Origin: a virus
Lineage: Duplodnaviria; Heunggongvirae; Uroviricota; Caudoviricetes
Virus record (IMG/VR): IMGVR_UViG_3300014208_000001
Span: 165,318-229,317 of that record
Direction: 5' to 3' (one strand)
DNA: 64,000 bases
The position numbers and the translations under genes were made by a program. The notes under the pieces were generated by a model, which saw nothing but the letters and a program-made list of their open reading frames with translations, was not told where the DNA came from and ran no database searches. Within the stretch, counting starts at the first letter, position 1; the number at the start of each line of letters is the position of its first letter. Positions 18,101 through 26,910 of the stretch are shown here, piece by piece.

Positions 18101-19516
18101 TATTGCGTGTTCATTCCATCCTTTTCTGCCTGTGGTGCCTATACGTGGTGCCCATATATCTTGCATCCACTCTGGTAAGTTATTAAATAAGAACGCCACA
18201 TTCTCTTTCAGAAATCCTTTGGCGTCTTCATCTCTACGAGAAACGATTAATATTGTTTTATTTGGGTTGAACATCGCAAACCATAATGCGAATGCCCCAG
18301 ATACTTTCGATATACCACAGTTATGAACAACAGCCCCATCAACAATATAATTATTATATGGTGGAACATTTAAATCATAAACACATCCATCACCTTTAAC
18401 ACGTTTAATAGATTTAATATCACCTTTTTCTCTATTAAAAAAGAATCCCTTAGTTATTTGATTACGTGGCTTTTTACCATAAATACCAATATATTGTACA
18501 AATCTATTAAAATCATCTTTACCAATTATACGTAATTTTGGTATTGTTGTGGTCGTGCGTGGATAATATACAGCATTAATATTAAATCTAGTTAATAATT
18601 GCTTCAGCTGATGAAGCATTGTAACCGATTCTAATCCTATTCCAGCTTCATTACAATTGCCGCCAGAATACCATCCATCACCGGCAAACATCCTATTAAT
18701 TAATACTGCTATTGATTTATTGTCCCATTTAAACACATCGCTCGGTATTGTTTTATCAGCTTTTATCTTATTAAGTATATTATATCGATCTGCCCAACAC
18801 GTAGCAGCAACACATGTAGTTTGCAATCTATAATTCTTAGTCGATTCTGGTTTAAATCCACTCTCATGTTTTCGTATTGTTAATTGTAATCCGAATCTAT
18901 TTTTAAAACATTTTTGATATTCTAATAAATATTTCCAACATGAATTATTAAATGTGACAAATCTGCCAGTTGATCCATCAGTCAATAAGTATCCTAATAA
19001 TATTGGATCATTATGATTAGGAGTATATCCATATCTTTCAATATCATTGATTTCTATTAACTTCTTATTGCCTATCAAATCACCAGCTTTTATATATCCA
19101 TTATTTGTTAAATACTCATGGTCATATGTGGCTATTGATCTATGTCCAGATTTGGATCGCACTTCTACAAGATTATCAGAAATACCATTATTATAAACAT
19201 CATTTACTGGTACTGCTTCTATGGCGTTGGTATGATAATTTAATGTATAAACCAAATCACCTTTATTAATCTGATCTATGCGTTTTGGACCATTTGGTCC
19301 CCAAACCATTTGGTCACCAGCAAAACACTGTCTACATTTTTTAAATATATTAAATCTATGCTGTTTAAATGCATTCAACGCCATTTTCTGATAGCTGAAT
19401 AATTTAAACGGTAATATACCAGCAGACGGATGCTTTACTTTACCAAAATTCTCTAAAAACCACGATATCGATTGTCTAGATCGTAAAATAACTTGTTTTT
19501 GAGTATCATTCATCAA
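15149..19516 (-). CDS. terminase large subunit, gp17-like, interrupted by two inteins
   Basis: The extein sequence FKKCRQ/CGISKVSGAF...IIDEAAF...IVIST/TNGVGNWYW parallels T4 gp17 SRQLGKTT...IYIDECAF...IIITTTPNGLNHFYDIW. The nuclease half HALEILD matches gp17 HALHIID. Confidence 0.9.
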   Translation of the reverse strand: MMNDTQKQVILRSRQSISWFLENFGKVKHPSAGILPFKLFSYQKMALNAFKQHRFNIFKKCRQCFAGDQMVWGPNGPKRIDQINKGDLVYTLNYHTNAIEAVPVNDVYNNGISDNLVEVRSKSGHRSIATYDHEYLTNNGYIKAGDLIGNKKLIEINDIERYGYTPNHNDPILLGYLLTDGSTGRFVTFNNSCWKYLLEYQKCFKNRFGLQLTIRKHESGFKPESTKNYRLQTTCVAATCWADRYNILNKIKADKTIPSDVFKWDNKSIAVLINRMFAGDGWYSGGNCNEAGIGLESVTMLHQLKQLLTRFNINAVYYPRTTTTIPKLRIIGKDDFNRFVQYIGIYGKKPRNQITKGFFFNREKGDIKSIKRVKGDGCVYDLNVPPYNNYIVDGAVVHNCGISKVSGAFALWFAMFNPNKTILIVSRRDEDAKGFLKENVAFLFNNLPEWMQDIWAPRIGTTGRKGWNEHAIAFTNGTVIKSMTSHPDVLRSNASSLNIIDEAAFIQDMDVMWAAGYSTMTHGGSTIVISTCVAPDTLINTANGLCEIQDLAPHEYDGFDDGYYHTDYKGPDIVGIDGLEPATKFYKRPKEATKIVKTSCCYEFEASLLHKLPVVSSNGTINNKYIQDLQIGDFLPVKAGQMVFGNNDILNYEDRNKSYRDDNLNSPIFQIKKMDEDIAYMLGVIIAEGHVRETIRKNGKITAEVVLSCGDSKVLDRCESWGNINWNRGRKGQDYVTVCSSPMFVRFLKYLGVECTIAPFKTIPKRLLQCSEPIIRNFLRGLFDGDGAALTRKGQVCYTSTSKKLIKQVRMLLFNYGIHTYLEISPPGMTSFKRNNGETTTHDTRESYRLYVSNNFTNLFYDLIGFDLGRKQALQKNKTSVWSELMPPVVKNLLKQLKDTTDLSIAKMTKLGLAPNVLYGSRSRITKDRLASFMSKISYEGNDAYDSLIKLLEYDWFNEVKSLEDSEAEVYDFTLPNTHTFIGDCTVHANTNGVGNWYWGTWTEAEAGDNVFNPICVNWWDMDWNIEYRDSLSRELVRIAPRDGLRKCTTKEEEDKYGPYWSPWLEEQWRGLQEKGEGWKFNQEVLASFIGSGNTVITRSVLTKLATTMKEPDRVTNTILYTNPSTGESEELSFNEQESESGLWVWEHPIQAKPAKMRNNQIISPGEPPHIYVMGVDFATGKGKDYHALEILDAITMEQVAEMMVRCLPKQFLRFVDYLGRYYNNAMLVLERNNGGDNLIDALRHEFNYPNIWRKKDINDKPRPSSSTQRAMKIDRYGFFTTMASKPILNRLLIDYVRDEDDAGYKVYSRRLLKQFNTYVRKRDKSGRDTGKTEAEEGANNFDDLVMAFALALVAINDSFALSSVSAGPVLSSSDFTSLAGPTIFTDDQMVQYHKQLVNATGNPFLPFVGTPDEMPEQNIQRQLDAFTYQLGAIPMSKNGPIVTPPKYYFKRKGE
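16547..17923 (-). mobile_element. intein 2 (459 aa, LAGLIDADG) in terminase before the T(P)NG motif
   Basis: Starts CVAPDTLI and ends TVHAN, followed by Thr. Has MLGVIIAEGHV and LRGLFDGDGAA motifs. Confidence 0.75.
18320..19327 (-). mobile_element. intein 1 (336 aa, LAGLIDADG homing endonuclease) in terminase Walker A P-loop
   Basis: Starts CFAGDQMVWG and ends VVHN, followed by Cys. Has LLGYLLTDGS and FAGDGWYS dodecapeptides. Codon boundaries were verified on the DNA. Confidence 0.8.
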
Positions 19517-20901
19517 TTACTCCACATACTATCATTTCTATCTTTATTTACCTTCAAATATGTATCATATCTAAAAGCACTATTTTTATCATCAATATCA
19601 AGATAATGCTGTCTCAATTCTGGCCATGGAGCTTTAATATTTTTAAACATATATTCAATTTGATCTTGAAATTCTCCATATTTAATAATAAATGGCTCGG
19701 CTTCAACCCATCTAAATCCCAACTTATGGCAGTAGTCAATTATCGTATTTATTAAATTTTTAACACCATATGGTAATTTATTATAAATCGATGGTTCAAA
19801 TGATTCAAGCAATGATTTCTCTAATTCTGGCCACCGTTTAAATTGTCCAGTCTTATTAACAATATCTTCTAAATAAACTTTATCAAAATATTGTATAATA
19901 TCGCCAGAATACCACCTTATGATCAATTTTTCAAATATTGGCACTCTACCATATTTAATAGCATATTTAATAGCATATTCACCCTCCCTAGATATCAACC
20001 TTTCTAATTTAGGACATCTCTTCCCAATCATCATAGAATATATATATGCCCAACTCATTTTATTATAATTAATCAATACTTGCTCATAATCACTATTTTC
20101 TCTTCTGTAAACTTTAACCATATAATTTCTAAGCATATTTAATACATCAGTCAATGGCCCCTCAAAATCAGTAGGTTCCTGTGGTACAGATAATTCTTTC
20201 ATTGTTTTTAAAGGAAACGTTGGAACTAAATCGACATACTCAGTCAATCTGACGGCATCATCATTAACATCCATTATCTGATCAAAATCAGATGTAAATT
20301 GGATTATTGGCTTATTACCATCCCAAATTTGATATATATGATCATATTCATGTATATAAGTACCGGCCATACAATCATCACCATATGACCCTCTAGTACA
20401 CCACTTAGTCCCCTCGCCTAACTGCTTCAAAGAATCAACATTATCAATTTCAAATGACCTATAATTACCCCTAGTGGCTACTAATTCAACTCCTGGTAAT
20501 TTAGTGGGATCTAGAATATCAGATCCGCCTTTTCTTTTACTTGTCGATCCTATTAATGGTTCAATTGCATTTTCTAAATCATTTAATGTTTTATAACTGA
20601 GTAAGTCTTTATTTGGTAATCTTGGTTTAACGCTATGAAAGTTAGTTAATGTTTCTTTTATTCTTGGGCCGTCTTCTGGGAGTCTTATATTGCTTTTAGC
20701 CCATTGTCTGATGACGAATTGTGAATATTTTGGATTTACTGAGTATTTGTTTATTATTTCTTTTATTTGTTCTGGTGGTATATTATTTCTAGTTGATATA
20801 ATATTTATTAGGTCTTCTACTGTTTCTAGCAATGTTGATAATTTCATAAAATAAAATTTACTTATTCGCCATACTTTTAAAATATTTTTTGATAAGCGCA
20901 T
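19513..20901 (-). CDS. hypothetical protein upstream of terminase (position of a small-terminase gene, but 462 aa and no recognisable motif)
   Basis: ATGA overlap with the terminase start. Confidence 0.4.
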   Translation of the reverse strand: MRLSKNILKVWRISKFYFMKLSTLLETVEDLINIISTRNNIPPEQIKEIINKYSVNPKYSQFVIRQWAKSNIRLPEDGPRIKETLTNFHSVKPRLPNKDLLSYKTLNDLENAIEPLIGSTSKRKGGSDILDPTKLPGVELVATRGNYRSFEIDNVDSLKQLGEGTKWCTRGSYGDDCMAGTYIHEYDHIYQIWDGNKPIIQFTSDFDQIMDVNDDAVRLTEYVDLVPTFPLKTMKELSVPQEPTDFEGPLTDVLNMLRNYMVKVYRRENSDYEQVLINYNKMSWAYIYSMMIGKRCPKLERLISREGEYAIKYAIKYGRVPIFEKLIIRWYSGDIIQYFDKVYLEDIVNKTGQFKRWPELEKSLLESFEPSIYNKLPYGVKNLINTIIDYCHKLGFRWVEAEPFIIKYGEFQDQIEYMFKNIKAPWPELRQHYLDIDDKNSAFRYDTYLKVNKDRNDSMWSN

Positions 20902-21334
20902 CTGGAATAGTAGCTAATACTATATCATTATTTGCCATAATTGTATATGGCGAATTACTGGCATGCGCCCAATTACTTAGTTGTTCTACGCTTAATTTGC
21001 CATATACTTCAATAATTCTATTTATTAAAGCTTCAACAAATGGGTCTTTAACCATTTCAATATATTGTCTAAATTCATCGTCGGCATAAATTATATCAGG
21101 TAAATATATCTTAATTAATTTATCACCATAATTAATCAGTCTATCATAGACTATTTTACTAATCGGCCCATATTCATCGGCAAATATGCCGCACGACAAT
21201 AATGGGGTACCATTAATCGCTAAATGCCATCCATGGGCAGCATATAATAATCTTTGCAATTTTAGATTACTTATATATCCATGACCCATATAATGATGTA
21301 TAAACATATTAGCTACATGTATTGGGTCATGCAT
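20858..21334 (-). CDS. Panacea domain (DUF4065, SocA-like) protein
   Basis: KLQRLLYAAHGWHLAINGTPLL resembles the DUF4065 signature KLQKLLYYAQGWHLA. Confidence 0.5.
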   Translation of the reverse strand: MHDPIHVANMFIHHYMGHGYISNLKLQRLLYAAHGWHLAINGTPLLSCGIFADEYGPISKIVYDRLINYGDKLIKIYLPDIIYADDEFRQYIEMVKDPFVEALINRIIEVYGKLSVEQLSNWAHASNSPYTIMANNDIVLATIPDALIKKYFKSMANK

Positions 21335-21336
21335 AA

Positions 21337-21528
21337 TTAATTTTCGATTGTGTTACAATAATCTATGAAAGATTTATACAAAATCTTTCCAGTATCACAA
21401 CATTTATTATAAGTTATTTCATTAGCATTCTCGACTTGGCAAAATCTAGTCCTGCATGCAATTGCGCATTGCTTGCATTGTTTTAGATGATCGAGCCAAA
21501 TTACTCGATCATTTTTTGTATTATCCAC
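21337..21528 (-). CDS. small Cys-rich protein
   Basis: A 63-aa ORF with CKQCAIACRTRFC...CCDTG. Confidence 0.3.
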   Translation of the reverse strand: MDNTKNDRVIWLDHLKQCKQCAIACRTRFCQVENANEITYNKCCDTGKILYKSFIDYCNTIEN

Positions 21529-21537
21529 AATAATACC

Positions 21538-22008
21538 TTATATGCTTTTTGCTTTATAAAGAGCACTTACTTCGAAGAAATCTCTGGACCAATCCCATAT
21601 ATCTCTAACAAAGCATTGGAATTCAGCGTATGTCAGTGTCAATGTATCTCTAACGTCCCATTTTGCCATTGCGATAGCTGCATCATATTCATCAGAGAAG
21701 TTACGTGGGACTTTTAATTGAACATTTATACCTTCAACTAAAACCAAATAATCAGATGTCCGCATTGGATCATTTGGGTTGAATTCTTCTAACGATAAAA
21801 TACCTTTTTGAACGTTCTTTTCTAATGTGACTTTGGCTTGTTCATATGCTTGTTGCAATTTTTCGGTAGCCATTGCTTTATAGCCATCTAATGCTTCTTG
21901 ATAATTAGCTATATGTTTAGCTTTATTTTCTTCTAATATAGTAATCAATTTATTACGGTCAACTTCGATTTCTCTTTGCTTGTGGGCAGCCAGTGCGTGA
22001 TTAGCCAT
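21538..22008 (-). CDS. hypothetical protein
   Basis: A 156-aa helical ORF. Confidence 0.4.
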   Translation of the reverse strand: MANHALAAHKQREIEVDRNKLITILEENKAKHIANYQEALDGYKAMATEKLQQAYEQAKVTLEKNVQKGILSLEEFNPNDPMRTSDYLVLVEGINVQLKVPRNFSDEYDAAIAMAKWDVRDTLTLTYAEFQCFVRDIWDWSRDFFEVSALYKAKSI

Positions 22009-22099
22009 TGATCGATCCCCCTCAAATTAGTTCTTTGTTAACACCCGATTTTAAACACGCTTCCGAAAATAACGTATTAAATCGATGTAAAAATATATT

Positions 22100-22636
22100 A
22101 TGAAATTATCATTGATGTTAGAGTCGAAAGTATCAAAAGCTATAAAGCGTATGAAACCTATATTAAAAGAATTGCCAAAGAAGAAAATAAAGCATTCGAT
22201 TAATGTTGCTAATGAATTAAAAGATCATAACAAAACAGCGATATATGCCGCATTAGGACATGATTATTTGGAACGTGGCGGTAATTTAGAAGAGTTAATA
22301 GATCATTTAATATTAAATGATATCCCATTAAATGTAATACGTATTATCAAAGCACTTAGCCAAGATGATCATATTGATAGTGAGAATGAACCATTGACTC
22401 ATATATCGCATGAATTATCTCAATTGCACAATGATGATATCAAAAATACTATTATTCTTATTAAATTATCAGATAGATTAGATAATATTAAGAAAAAATT
22501 ACGAACAGGTAAACTAACAAAGAAATATATAAAAAAGAGTATTAATTTATGTGATTTCTTATCAAATGAATATACAGGATCTGATGCGATATTTTATAAA
22601 TTGATTAGAAAATTGTCTAAATATCTGAATCTTTAA
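22100..22636 (+). CDS. HD-domain hydrolase, SpoT/Mesh1-like small alarmone ((p)ppGpp) hydrolase candidate
   Basis: H...ALGHD...IKLSDRLDN follows the RelA/SpoT hydrolase pattern H..AALLHD...IKLADRLHN. Confidence 0.5.
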   Translation: MKLSLMLESKVSKAIKRMKPILKELPKKKIKHSINVANELKDHNKTAIYAALGHDYLERGGNLEELIDHLILNDIPLNVIRIIKALSQDDHIDSENEPLTHISHELSQLHNDDIKNTIILIKLSDRLDNIKKKLRTGKLTKKYIKKSINLCDFLSNEYTGSDAIFYKLIRKLSKYLNL

Positions 22637-23102
22637 GTGGTGTATTCAACATAGCATTGAGTTCTGCAATATCACCGGTATTAGTATTATTATTGGTTAT
22701 ACTAACTTTGGCTTTACCAGCTGATATTAATTTAGCACCACCATCTAATATTTTAATATAATTAGTATTAATATTAGCTTTCACTTGAATTGCTTGAACC
22801 CATGCTTCTACTAATGTAGCGTTTGGTGGTTTGCCGCCATTCACCATTTTTGTTAATTCTGTATCGCAGAAATCTATAGCTTTTTGAGCTTCGGTTCTGT
22901 CTGATCTTACTGATGATACTATTTCTAGTACACCGTCTTCATATCTTTTTACGAATTCTTCTAATATTATTGGATCTTGTGTTTCTGGTTGAATCGGTTC
23001 GCTTAATTCAGAATTCATTAATACGATTGGTTCTACTGCCGGTATAGTTGATTCAACCGGTTCATTTAATTGATTTAAAATTTCTTCTAATTCATCAGGC
23101 AT
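22617..23102 (-). CDS. hypothetical acidic protein
   Basis: A 161-aa ORF. Confidence 0.4.
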   Translation of the reverse strand: MPDELEEILNQLNEPVESTIPAVEPIVLMNSELSEPIQPETQDPIILEEFVKRYEDGVLEIVSSVRSDRTEAQKAIDFCDTELTKMVNGGKPPNATLVEAWVQAIQVKANINTNYIKILDGGAKLISAGKAKVSITNNNTNTGDIAELNAMLNTPLKDSDI

Positions 23103-23610
23103 TTTTAGCGTTTCTTATTTGTGATTGCGTACTTCTTTTATGTCCAGATTTTCCACGATGCCGCATTTGTGATGATGCGTGTTTATCATGTTTTGGAGTT
23201 ATTCTATCTGTCATATTTGGTGATGATAATGGTTGATGGCCAGTTACATTATCTATATGTTTTTCAGCAGGGTCTCGTCTAACTCGCCGTTGTACCCTAT
23301 CTAATATAGATGATTTAAATGTCTCATCTATTAATTTATCTAAATCTTCACATGTTATTGTGCCTTCATCGATTTTTTTGCTTAATTCGTCGGGTTTTTC
23401 CGAGGATTTCTCCGAGGGTTTCTCTTGTGGCTTCTCGGCTGGCTTTACTTTTTCTGGTATTTTGGGTTTCGGCGTGCTTGGCGTTTCTTTTGCCGGGTTT
23501 TCTTTTAGCTTTTTTAAATGATCGATATAATATAATTTATCATATGATGGCACATTATCATTGTTTTCAAGATCTTTAATTAGTTCGTCGATTGTCATTA
23601 AACACCCCAT
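23095..23610 (-). CDS. hypothetical Lys/Pro-rich basic protein
   Basis: A 171-aa ORF with PKPKIPEKVKPAEKPQEKP. Confidence 0.4.
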   Translation of the reverse strand: MGCLMTIDELIKDLENNDNVPSYDKLYYIDHLKKLKENPAKETPSTPKPKIPEKVKPAEKPQEKPSEKSSEKPDELSKKIDEGTITCEDLDKLIDETFKSSILDRVQRRVRRDPAEKHIDNVTGHQPLSSPNMTDRITPKHDKHASSQMRHRGKSGHKRSTQSQIRNAKNA

Positions 23611-23618
23611 AATATATT

Positions 23619-24635
23619 TTATTCATCATCATCAATACTAAAAATTGATTTAGTGTCATATTGAGCTTCACTGCGTCTATTTAATGGTGAATCAGAAAAT
23701 TCATAACTACGTAATTTTATGTATCTAAAAAAGCTTGATATTACTTGTCTATTACATCCAGTAATTTTAGCTAATTTCGATACCATTCCATCATGTGGTC
23801 TATCATCATAAGTAATTAATGTTTCTAATCCATTTATTACTGATATAAAATCTGGATTATATTTGCATATTTCTGATGCTTCTGCTACAAATCTCTCTAA
23901 AACTGATGAATTAGCTTTATGTTTATTGCCCAAATGAGAAATATATGATGTAGAATTCTTACGATCTCTTGCTTCTTTTTTAATATATGCTAATATCACT
24001 GTTCTAGCTATTTGGCTCCACATATTAAATACTTTTGATAATCCTCTATACAATACTGTATCACTACCACCATATAAATCAAGTTCTGCTTCTATTAATG
24101 GATATTTTGTTAGTTTTGTTTTACATTTAGGGCATTCATCAATAATAGTTAATAATCTATCTAATGTTATTACATCATATTCTAATGGTTTTGGATCATA
24201 TAATGATGAGTCAGATGGTCTCTCATGATGAAAGCATTTCCTGCAGTGTGGTTTGGCTCTATATTTATATAGGACTCGTTCTACTTGACACCATGCCGTT
24301 TGGAGTAAATCTCCGAATGCTGATTCTTCTCTTCCTGGGTAAATTTCATGTAATTTTTGTTTTCTTATTATTTGTCGTATTAATTCTGATGCGTGAGACA
24401 TTATATTGTCTCGTAGTGTAACACTTGTGCATCCTGTCCATAAATATTGTGTTAATAACCATTCTACATGTTCATTTATAAAATACATTCTTTTGGTCGT
24501 TCTTGGTGACGACCTATGAATTATTATATTATCATCATCATTTGAAAGTTGGGATTCTGAATCGTCTTCTAATAAAATCGGCACCATCAATTGATCCATT
24601 TTTAAACAAAATTGTCGATTTATAACCTGAATCAA
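23619..24635 (-). CDS. hypothetical protein with two CxxC zinc-ribbon motifs; possible transcription regulator
   Basis: CRKCFHH...CPKCKTK, a helical N-terminal half and a C-terminal HTH-like segment. Confidence 0.35.
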   Translation of the reverse strand: MIQVINRQFCLKMDQLMVPILLEDDSESQLSNDDDNIIIHRSSPRTTKRMYFINEHVEWLLTQYLWTGCTSVTLRDNIMSHASELIRQIIRKQKLHEIYPGREESAFGDLLQTAWCQVERVLYKYRAKPHCRKCFHHERPSDSSLYDPKPLEYDVITLDRLLTIIDECPKCKTKLTKYPLIEAELDLYGGSDTVLYRGLSKVFNMWSQIARTVILAYIKKEARDRKNSTSYISHLGNKHKANSSVLERFVAEASEICKYNPDFISVINGLETLITYDDRPHDGMVSKLAKITGCNRQVISSFFRYIKLRSYEFSDSPLNRRSEAQYDTKSIFSIDDDE

Positions 24636-26112
24636 CGATTATTTTAAGACGATTCCTGGCATGATCATATAAATACCGGTTGCACAGGAACAGAAAATCA
24701 AATACTTTACTCTTACCTTTAGTATTTATCCTTACAGCACGCCCTATCTGTTGTATAAATGTTGATTGTAATTTACCACCGGTTGCGATAATTAAATTAT
24801 CACAACCACCTTTCAAATCTAATCCTCTATTAACAATTTTACCACCAACCAACACTTTAAACTTTTTATCTTCAAAATTCTTTAACACTTCACGACGTTT
24901 TGGCTTAGGAGTCTTACCATAAATATAGTGGGCTTCAATTCCAATTTGAGCAAGCTTTTCAACCAAAATCAGACCAAGTGTTTCCCTCTCTACCAATATC
25001 ATAGTAGAATCAGTACTATAAATTTTGCATATATTTAGAATCTTCTTATGAAATTCATTATTATTAACTATAAAATCATCAATAGCCATATCATATACAG
25101 TCCTATCATCTTTAGACCCATTCTCACCAATAGACATCATATAATATTCTATTGGAATAATACGCCCAATATTTTGCAAATTACTAACAGATTCCTCATG
25201 AATAACAGACCCTAAATGGGCAGTAACTTGCATATTTTGTATCGGTTTAGCCGGATCATATGGTGTCCCACTAAATCCATATCTCCTACGACCTTTAAAA
25301 TGATTTTTAAATATTTCTTTCCATTGGCCACTAACAGCTTTATCAGCCTCATCAACAATTAACATATCAGCATTTTTAATATATTTTAATAATTTCTTAG
25401 AATTCTCTATTCTAGTAGCATATGCTACTAAAGATTTTTGATGCCTATCTAATTTCTTCTTAAAATCACTATCATCATCTGATTCATCTCTAATTGGCTT
25501 TTTAGGTTTAAATCTTGGTGGCACTAACGATTGAATAGTACCAACTACAATCGTCTCACCATTTGGTCTAGACCCAGCATAAAACATTCCTACTGTATCA
25601 ATAATATCTCTTAATTCTATACGTTTCTTTAATTGCTCAACAACAATAGTTTGATCAGCCAATATCACAGTAGGACATTGTATAACTTTGCACGTACCAG
25701 CTATTAACTCACCTTTACCAGATCCAGTTGGCGCTTTGCACAAACCACATTCAGAAGATGTGGTCAATTTTAACCAATCAACTTGATGATCATCTAATGT
25801 TATATCAGGTAAAAATTTATTATCTATAGTATCTTTATCAATAGGTGTATATTTAGGTTCTTCTCTAGCGTCAATAACTTCTAATGGTAATGCATGTTTA
25901 TCACATACACTTTTTAACATTGCAAGAAATGGTCTAGCTAATTTTCTTCTGCTTTTATTATAAAATCTATATATTCCATCCCATGCTGTTATTGTGTCTA
26001 TAAATCGTGCTTTTTTATCAGCAACACTAAATTCACGCCATAAAATATCTTCCTCATGTGTTGATATTGTATCAAAATGTATCCATTGATTATCGACAAT
26101 TATCGCGCGCAT
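24538..26112 (-). CDS. superfamily II DNA/RNA helicase (UvsW-like)
   Basis: Motif I CKAPTGSGKGE, motif II LIVDEADK, motif VI QQIGRAVR. Confidence 0.75.
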   Translation of the reverse strand: MRAIIVDNQWIHFDTISTHEEDILWREFSVADKKARFIDTITAWDGIYRFYNKSRRKLARPFLAMLKSVCDKHALPLEVIDAREEPKYTPIDKDTIDNKFLPDITLDDHQVDWLKLTTSSECGLCKAPTGSGKGELIAGTCKVIQCPTVILADQTIVVEQLKKRIELRDIIDTVGMFYAGSRPNGETIVVGTIQSLVPPRFKPKKPIRDESDDDSDFKKKLDRHQKSLVAYATRIENSKKLLKYIKNADMLIVDEADKAVSGQWKEIFKNHFKGRRRYGFSGTPYDPAKPIQNMQVTAHLGSVIHEESVSNLQNIGRIIPIEYYMMSIGENGSKDDRTVYDMAIDDFIVNNNEFHKKILNICKIYSTDSTMILVERETLGLILVEKLAQIGIEAHYIYGKTPKPKRREVLKNFEDKKFKVLVGGKIVNRGLDLKGGCDNLIIATGGKLQSTFIQQIGRAVRINTKGKSKVFDFLFLCNRYLYDHARNRLKIIVDSGYKSTILFKNGSIDGADFIRRRFRIPTFK

Positions 26113-26340
26113 TCAAAATCCTTAATTAAAATCACGTCAAATTTGTAAATACGACACAAATGTTAATATCAATATGGGTTGGGCAAATAAGCAATAATAC
26201 TAATATAGATCGCCACTATTATTATTGATGGGTATATACGTATATCAAAATTCATTTCTGCTAATCGCATTGTTACGAATATTATCGCTGCACATATTAT
26301 ATTTATTTGATATCGTTTTATCAATTATGACCTTATAAAA

Positions 26341-26374
26341 ATGAACCACACCACCGATTGGTGGTGTGGTTCAT
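26341..26374 (-). terminator. intrinsic terminator: perfect 15-bp stem, 4-nt loop, followed on the minus strand by TTTTATAA
   Basis: atgaaccacaccacc-gatt-ggtggtgtggttcat. Confidence 0.6.
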
Positions 26375-26520
26375 CCCTGCTCTCAGGGTGTCACGTGCCT
26401 CATTTCGAACTGAGGGTTTCGGCCTACGTCTACCTGTGCCTATTGCGTCATGTGCTCCTGTCGGTAAAGCATTCGCTAAACGTCACCCCACACAGGCCAG
26501 ATGGGGTCGGAGACATCCAG
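26375..26520 (-). ncRNA. GC-rich (~55%) structured 3' element / candidate sRNA between operon stop and terminator
   Basis: Sharp GC jump against AT-rich flanks, several local stems (ccctg...caggg; cctca-8nt-tgagg) and no coding ORF. Confidence 0.25.
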
Positions 26521-26880
26521 TCAAGTCTCTTTATGGGACTTGACAATTTCTTCAATTGCCAACACAATCCTAGCACGTGTCATTGGATCTGACTTCAAAA
26601 CATTGACTTGTTTCTCAATCTCACCGCCGAACCGCTGAACCAATGTTTTTGCAAGGTTCGAGCGAACTGCGGCAGCGATATGGTTACGGAATTCATCATC
26701 CGCAACCGCAGACCCGATCGCATTCTCAAGCAATTCACGAAAAGCACTGTTGTGCTTCTCAATTGCTGCAGTTAAAAGTTTGTCGATTGGGCTATTATAC
26801 CCCTTCAACTTATCAGTAACTGACTCCCTGATTCCGTCATGGATAGCACGACTAAGAAGCTCATCAGCGTTGATTTCCAT
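26521..26880 (-). CDS. hypothetical all-helical protein, last gene of the PspA/SPFH operon
   Basis: A 119-aa ORF. GC-richer than the genome background. Confidence 0.4.
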   Translation of the reverse strand: MEINADELLSRAIHDGIRESVTDKLKGYNSPIDKLLTAAIEKHNSAFRELLENAIGSAVADDEFRNHIAAAVRSNLAKTLVQRFGGEIEKQVNVLKSDPMTRARIVLAIEEIVKSHKET

Positions 26881-26910
26881 AATACCTCCTACTTTGGTAG
26901 TGAATATGTG

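Noticed and set aside
26400-26425. tRNA-like T-arm (cctca-tttcgaac-tgagg) in the GC-rich element
   Set aside because: The loop is 8 nt. There is no acceptor stem, CCA or anticodon arm, so it is not a tRNA.
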